This document shows positions 58,282-64,000 of a DNA stretch of 64,000 bases, piece by piece. The notes beneath the pieces are model-generated. The model was not told the DNA's origin and made no database searches. It saw only the letters and a list, made by a program, of their open reading frames with translations. Source of the stretch: Escherichia coli (GTDB lineage Bacteria > Pseudomonadota > Gammaproteobacteria > Enterobacterales > Enterobacteriaceae); assembly GCF_011045215.1 (NCBI RefSeq), contig NZ_CP049201.1, one strand, 5' to 3'. The position numbers were made by a program, and so were the translations under genes. Each line of letters starts with the position of its first letter. Positions within the stretch are counted from its first letter, which is position 1.

Positions 58282-58578
58282 TTAGTTCATGCCGTATTTT
58301 TTCAATTTTTTACGCAGCGTACCACGGTTGATGCCCATCATCAGCGCAGCACGGGTCTGGTTACCACGGGTGTATTGCATCACCATGTCCAACAGGGGCT
58401 GTTCTACTTCAGCCAGTACCAGCTCATAGAGGTCATTCACATCCTGACCATTCAGTTGAGCAAAATAGTTCTTCAGTGCCTGTTTAACCGAGTCACGCAG
58501 GGGTTTTTGGGTTACCTGATCCTGAGAGTTAACGGTAGAAACGGTCAGTACGTCAGAATTTACGCGTTGTTCGAACAT
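58282..58578 (-). CDS. fis: nucleoid-associated DNA-binding protein Fis
   Basis: 98-aa [48 protein letters not shown]. Confidence 0.98.
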
Positions 58579-58603
58579 AGTTCTGTCAGCTCTTTATTTC
58601 TGT

Positions 58604-59569
58604 TTACGCAAAATTTTCGAAGTATGCCTCCAACGCCTCCAGCTGTTCGCTGGCATCCTCAATGGCGTTGAATGTGCGCCGAAACTGGTCATTTGGAGCG
58701 TGTTCCTGGAGATACCAGGAAACGTGTTTACGTGCAATTCGGTACCCTTTTGCCGGACCATAAAAGTCATGCAGTTCCCGAACGTGCGCGCAAAGCAAGC
58801 GCTTAACCTCTGCCAAAGGCAGCGGGGGCAGCAACTCCCCAGTGTCCAGATAATGCTGGATTTCCCGAAAGATCCAGGGTCTTCCCTGAGCTGCGCGGCC
58901 TATCATCAGGGCATCCGCCCCTGTATAGTCGAGCACAGCTCTGGCTTTAAGCGGGTCAGTAATGTCGCCATTCGCGATAACCGGAATGGAAACTTTCTGC
59001 TTAACTGCCCGAATACTGTCGTACTCAGCTTCTCCATTGAACAAACAGGCGCGTGTACGGCCATGAATGGTCAGAGCCTGAATGCCACAGTCTTCAGCCA
59101 GTTGGGCAATCTCTTCGCAGTTACGGTGTTCCGGTGCCCAGCCAGTGCGAATTTTCAGGGTAACAGGAACGTCCACTGCATTGACGACCTCGGTAAGGAT
59201 CGATTTAACGACATCCGGGTACTGCAAGAGGGCTGAACCTGCGAGCTTGCGATTCACTTTTTTAGCCGGGCAACCCATATTGATATCAATAATCTGGGCA
59301 CCGCTTTCCACGTTAATACGTGCTGCATCTGCCATTTCTTTCGGATCGCTACCAGCAATTTGCACGGTGCGAATACCGGGTTCATCAATGTGCACCATCC
59401 GTAAACGAGATTTGTCGCTTTCCCAAACCTGTGGGTTAGAAGACATCATCTCGGATACTGTCAATCCGGCTCCCATCTCGTAGCACAACGTCCGAAAAGG
59501 TCTGTCTGTAATGCCAGCCATGGGCGCTGCGATCAGGCGATTTCTGAGCTGATATTGTCCGATGCGCAT
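58604..59569 (-). CDS. dusB: tRNA-dihydrouridine synthase B
   Basis: 321-aa [32 protein letters not shown], co-operonic with fis. Confidence 0.96.
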   Translation of the reverse strand: MRIGQYQLRNRLIAAPMAGITDRPFRTLCYEMGAGLTVSEMMSSNPQVWESDKSRLRMVHIDEPGIRTVQIAGSDPKEMADAARINVESGAQIIDINMGCPAKKVNRKLAGSALLQYPDVVKSILTEVVNAVDVPVTLKIRTGWAPEHRNCEEIAQLAEDCGIQALTIHGRTRACLFNGEAEYDSIRAVKQKVSIPVIANGDITDPLKARAVLDYTGADALMIGRAAQGRPWIFREIQHYLDTGELLPPLPLAEVKRLLCAHVRELHDFYGPAKGYRIARKHVSWYLQEHAPNDQFRRTFNAIEDASEQLEALEAYFENFA

Positions 59570-59897
59570 GAGTTAAGAAATGACCATACTGTGACTGCAA
59601 GGCGGCGTATATTACGCATTTTTTGCACGAGATGAAAGGCCAAACTTTGACCAATCCTCTGAGATGGATCAAAGAATTGCATTTAAAATGAGCGTGGTGC
59701 GATAATTACTCATAAAAATCATCATATTAGAAAATAGTGACTAAAATTTACACTCAAAGAAATTTGAGTAAGTTCTCAATTTTTCTTTATGAATGAAAAT
59801 TTTGGCACGCAAATTTGCGTAAATAATCGGCAAATTTACGTGCCTTTTGTGAGCTTGCTCGCACTTCGCCCCGCGTCACCCTACGGCGATGCGAAGG

Positions 59898-60779
59898 TTA
59901 ATTCTTACGACCGGTAATACGGCACCACTCTTCTTTTTCCACGACCGGGTCCAGTGCGAAGCTGTCGGCATAAGCTTCACAAACGCTCTCTGCCTGGCTT
60001 GCCAGAATACCGGAAAGGCCCAGCAAACCGCCTGAAACCGGCAGGACGCTGATTAACGGTGCCAGTTCACGTAATGGGCCTGCAAGGATGTTAGCGACCA
60101 CCACGTCAGCTTTCATTTCTTCTGGCTGATCTTTCGGTAAGTAGAGTTCCAGACGGTCAGAAACGCCATTACGTTCGGCGTTATCGCGGCTGGCCTGAAT
60201 CGCCTGCGGATCGATATCAATACCAATGGCTTTTGCTGCACCCAGTTTCAGCGCCGCGATCGCCAGAATGCCGGAACCACAGCCAAAGTCGATGACTGTT
60301 TTACCGGTTAAATCGAGGCTGTCGAGCCATTGCAGGCACAGAGAGGTGGTTGGATGGGTACCCGTACCAAACGCCAGCCCTGGATCTAACATCACGTTGA
60401 CGGCGTTTTCGTCCGGCACATCACGCCAGCTAGGGCAGATCCACAGTCGTTCACCAAAGCGCATCGGGTGGAAATTATCCATCCATTCGCGCTCCCAGTC
60501 TTTATCTTCTAGTTGTTCGATTTTATGCGCGAAGCCTGCGCCGAGCAGCGGATGGTTTTCCAGAATCGCCACCACGTCGTTCATATCGGTTTCAGCGTCG
60601 AACAGACCAATCACATCGGTGTCGCCCCACAGGCGCGTTTCGCCCGGCAGCGGCTCAAATACTGGCGTATCGTGGGTATCCTGAAAAGTGATAGAAACGG
60701 CACCCGCTTCCATCAGCGCATCGCTAAGATCTTCCGCGTTCGCGCCGGTGGTGTTCAGTTTCAGTTGGATCCAAGGCAT
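59898..60779 (-). CDS. prmA: ribosomal protein L11 methyltransferase PrmA
   Basis: 293-aa ORF with SAM motif [13 protein letters not shown]. Confidence 0.96.
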
Positions 60780-60790
60780 GGCAAAACTCT

Positions 60791-62242
60791 TTATTTATCA
60801 GTAGTCAAAACGGTAGCTTGCGGGACGGATGTACCGAAACGGTTTCCGACCAGGAAAGCCAGCAAACTTAGTAGTAACGAGGGCACGATAGGGTGGAAGC
60901 CCAGGTACTGAATATTCAGCGTCGCGAGTACGGCATACAGCACGCCGCCAACGATCATCGCACTTAGCGCGCCTTTGGCGTTGGCGCGTTCCCAGTAAAG
61001 ACCCAGCACCAGCGGCCACAGGAAAACGGCTTCCAGCCCACCGAAGGCCAACAAATTCAGCCAGATGATCATTTCTGGCGGCTTCCAGGCGGCAAGCAGC
61101 AGCAACGCGCCGAGAACTAACGTAATTACCGCCGACATCCGCTTCAGACGCGTCTCGTTTTGCATTTGATCCGGACGGATATTCAGATAGAGATCTTTAA
61201 TGATCGTAGCGGAACTTTGTAGCAATTGGGCGTTAATTGTCGACATGATCGCAGCCATAGGTGCAGCCAGAAAGATCCCGGCAGCAAACGGTGGCAGCAC
61301 TTTTACCATTAACGTCGGGATCACCAGATCCGGTACGGTGAGATCGGGGATCACTGCACGACCTAACGCTCCTGCCAGGTGCATACCGAACATCAGGATT
61401 GCGACTACAATCGTACCGATGATGATCCCCCGGTGTACTGCTTTGCTGTCTTTATAAGAGATACAGCGCACCGCAGTATGCGGCAGGCCTATAACGCCAA
61501 AGCACACCAGTACCCAGAACGACGTCATAAAGGCAGGCGACAGAATATCGTCAGCGCCTTGTGGCGTAACCAGTTGCGGATCGATGGTTTGCAAGGTCTG
61601 TACTGCGTTGCTTAAGCCGCCAGCGGCATGTACCACGCCAATAAGCAGCACAACGGTGCCAATCAGCATCACAAGCCCTTGCATGGTGTCGTTCAGCACG
61701 CTGGCGCGAAAGCCACCAAAGGCGGTATATAACGCAATGCTGATACCAAAAATCAGCAGCCCGGTTTCATAAGGAATACCCGCCGCGGTTTCCAGCAGGC
61801 GCGCACCGCCGATAAACTGCACGGTCATCGCACCAACGAACGCAACCAGCAAACTCAAACTCGCCAGCCACACCAGAAGACGACTCTGGTAGCGGGCAAA
61901 CAGCATATCGTTCAGCGTCACTGCATTGTAGCGGCGCGCAAGAATCGCAAACTTCTTGCCGAGAATACCGAGCGAAAGCCAGACTGCAGGAAGCTGAATC
62001 ATCGCCAGCAATACCCAGCCAAGGCCGTATTTGTAAGCAGCTCCAGGCCCGCCGATAAACGAACTGGCACTGATATAAGTCGCGGTGAGCGTCATCGCCA
62101 GCACAATACCGCCCATAGAGCGGCTGCCGAGGAAATACTCATTAAGAAAGGTGCCGGTGCTCCGTTTACGCATCGCATAAACCGAGATACCGAACACCAC
62201 TACCAGATAGGCGACCAGCGGTAGAATTACTTCAAGCTGCAT
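60791..62242 (-). CDS. panF: sodium/pantothenate symporter PanF
   Basis: [28 protein letters not shown] start; the track ORF begins 2 codons upstream. Confidence 0.95.
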
Positions 62243-62474
62243 CGTCATCCTCCAGCGGGATATCGCGATAGATAAATTTCACCATCGCCCAGCACAGTCC
62301 AATAAACAGCAGCGGTGTCAGGATGCAGGCCATCTCAAACCAGCGCGGAAAGCCGGTAAAACCGGGGGCAACGCCAGGTAAGTAAGCGGCTACTAACCAT
62401 ACCGCCAGATACAAAAGGGTCAGCCCCAGCGCCCAGCGCGCCTCTTTATGGGCCTGAACAAAACGAGTGTCCAT
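62232..62474 (-). CDS. yhdT: small membrane protein YhdT
   Basis: 80-aa two-TM ORF overlapping the panF start. Confidence 0.85.
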   Translation of the reverse strand: MDTRFVQAHKEARWALGLTLLYLAVWLVAAYLPGVAPGFTGFPRWFEMACILTPLLFIGLCWAMVKFIYRDIPLEDDDAA

Positions 62475-62582
62475 TTTTTGTCCCTGATGGGTGAAGAAAG
62501 CGGGGATTGTACCTTATGGGGGTTGTCGATCCCCAGTAATAAAAAAGGCCGGAAAATCCGGCCTTTTGACGCTTTAGCAGTC

Positions 62583-63932
62583 TTATTTTTCCTGAAGACC
62601 GAGTTTTTTCTCCAGATAGTGGATGTTAGTGCCACCATGCTGGAAGTTCTCGTCATTCATGATGCGGATCTGCAGATCAATATTGGTCTTGATACCGTCG
62701 ATGATCAGCTCCTGCAGCGCATTCTTCATGCGAGCAATCGCCACGTCACGGTTTTCACCGTAGCAAATCAGTTTGCCGATCATTGAGTCATAGTACGGCG
62801 GTACAGTGTAGCCCGCGTAGATATGAGACTCCCAACGCACGCCAAAACCGCCAGGTGCGTGGAAACGGGTGATTTTGCCTGGGCTTGGCAGGAAGGTGTT
62901 CGGATCTTCGGCGTTAATACGGCATTCCACCGCATGGCCGCGAACATGAACCTCTTCTTGCTTGATCGACAGCGGTTGACCTGCCGCGATACGCAGCTGT
63001 TCTTTGATCAGGTCAACGCCGGTGATCATTTCAGTAACCGGGTGTTCTACCTGAATACGGGTGTTCATTTCGATGAAATAGAACTCGCCGTTTTCGAACA
63101 GGAACTCGAAAGTACCTGCACCGCGATAGCCGATATCAACACACGCTTTAGCGCAACGTTCGCCGATGTAGCGGCGCAGTTCCGGGGTAATGCCCGGTGC
63201 TGGCGCTTCTTCGACCACTTTCTGATGGCGGCGCTGCATGGAGCAGTCACGTTCCGCCAGATAGATAGCGTTGCCCTGACCGTCAGCCAGTACCTGAATC
63301 TCGACGTGGCGAGGATTTTCCAGGTATTTCTCCATGTAAACCATGTCGTTATTGAAAGCGGCTTTCGCTTCCGCACGGGTCATGGAGATGGATTGTGCCA
63401 GTTCCGCGTCGCCGCGCACTACGCGCATACCGCGACCGCCGCCGCCGCCGGAGGCTTTGATAATCACCGGATAACCAATGCGTTTAGCAATGGCGCGGTT
63501 TTTATCCATATCGTCGCCCAGCGGGCCGTCAGAACCTGGTACACAAGGAACGCCCGCTTTTTTCATCGCGGCGATTGCCGACACTTTGTCACCCATCAGG
63601 CGAATAGTGTCTGCTTTCGGGCCGATGAAGATAAAGCCAGAACGTTCAACCTGCTCGGCAAAATTGGCGTTCTCGGAGAGGAAGCCGTAACCCGGATGGA
63701 TTGCTACTGCGCCGGTGATTTCAGCGGCGCTGATGATTGCCGGGATGTTCAGATAACTTTTTACTGACGGAGCAGGGCCGATACAGACCGTTTCATCTGC
63801 CAGTAATACGTGTTTTAGATCGCGATCCGCGCTGGAGTGCACAGCGACAGTCTTGATGCCCAGTTCTTTACAGGCACGAAGAATACGCAATGCAATCTCG
63901 CCGCGGTTGGCAATAACAATTTTATCCAGCAT
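62583..63932 (-). CDS. accC: biotin carboxylase AccC
   Basis: [33 protein letters not shown] start; the track ORF is an upstream in-frame extension. Confidence 0.97.
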   Translation of the reverse strand: MLDKIVIANRGEIALRILRACKELGIKTVAVHSSADRDLKHVLLADETVCIGPAPSVKSYLNIPAIISAAEITGAVAIHPGYGFLSENANFAEQVERSGFIFIGPKADTIRLMGDKVSAIAAMKKAGVPCVPGSDGPLGDDMDKNRAIAKRIGYPVIIKASGGGGGRGMRVVRGDAELAQSISMTRAEAKAAFNNDMVYMEKYLENPRHVEIQVLADGQGNAIYLAERDCSMQRRHQKVVEEAPAPGITPELRRYIGERCAKACVDIGYRGAGTFEFLFENGEFYFIEMNTRIQVEHPVTEMITGVDLIKEQLRIAAGQPLSIKQEEVHVRGHAVECRINAEDPNTFLPSPGKITRFHAPGGFGVRWESHIYAGYTVPPYYDSMIGKLICYGENRDVAIARMKNALQELIIDGIKTNIDLQIRIMNDENFQHGGTNIHYLEKKLGLQEK

Positions 63933-63942
63933 GTTCGCCTCG

Positions 63943-64000
63943 TTACTCGATGACGACCAGCGGCTCGTCAAATTCTACCGGTTGTCCACTTTCGACCAGA
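63943..64000 (-). CDS. accB: biotin carboxyl carrier protein AccB, 3' end only (starts beyond the window end)
   Basis: Minus-strand tail ...[18 protein letters not shown] then stop, 10 bp upstream of accC. Confidence 0.85.
   Translation of the reverse strand, partial: LVESGQPVEFDEPLVVIE

Overview
This window is Escherichia coli chromosome (read here as non-K-12 from the short rpsG allele and the absent gsp/chiA genes), covering yheS-kefGB-slyD-fkpA-tusBCD, the str, S10, spc and alpha ribosomal-protein operons, the rrnD rRNA operon, yhdWXYZ, acrEF/acrS, fis-dusB, prmA, panF and accBC. Gene identities are recognised from the translated ORFs and known E. coli gene order; no database search was run, so family names rest on recall. 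rpmD (59 aa) and rpmJ (38 aa) fall below the ORF-track cutoff and were recovered by reading the sequence. The one clear accessory element is a 1,954-bp IS21-family insertion sequence (IS100-like, intact istA/istB) that splits yhdZ and is flanked by a 6-bp direct repeat (ACCATC). Relative to K-12, the tufA-bfd-bfr-rpsJ locus lacks chiA and the gsp type II secretion genes, keeping only a 155-aa prepilin-peptidase-like ORF. I found no CRISPR array, prophage, or convincing novel defence or toxin system; the window is overwhelmingly well-characterised core genome. The long antisense ORFs in the track are rejected as artefacts.
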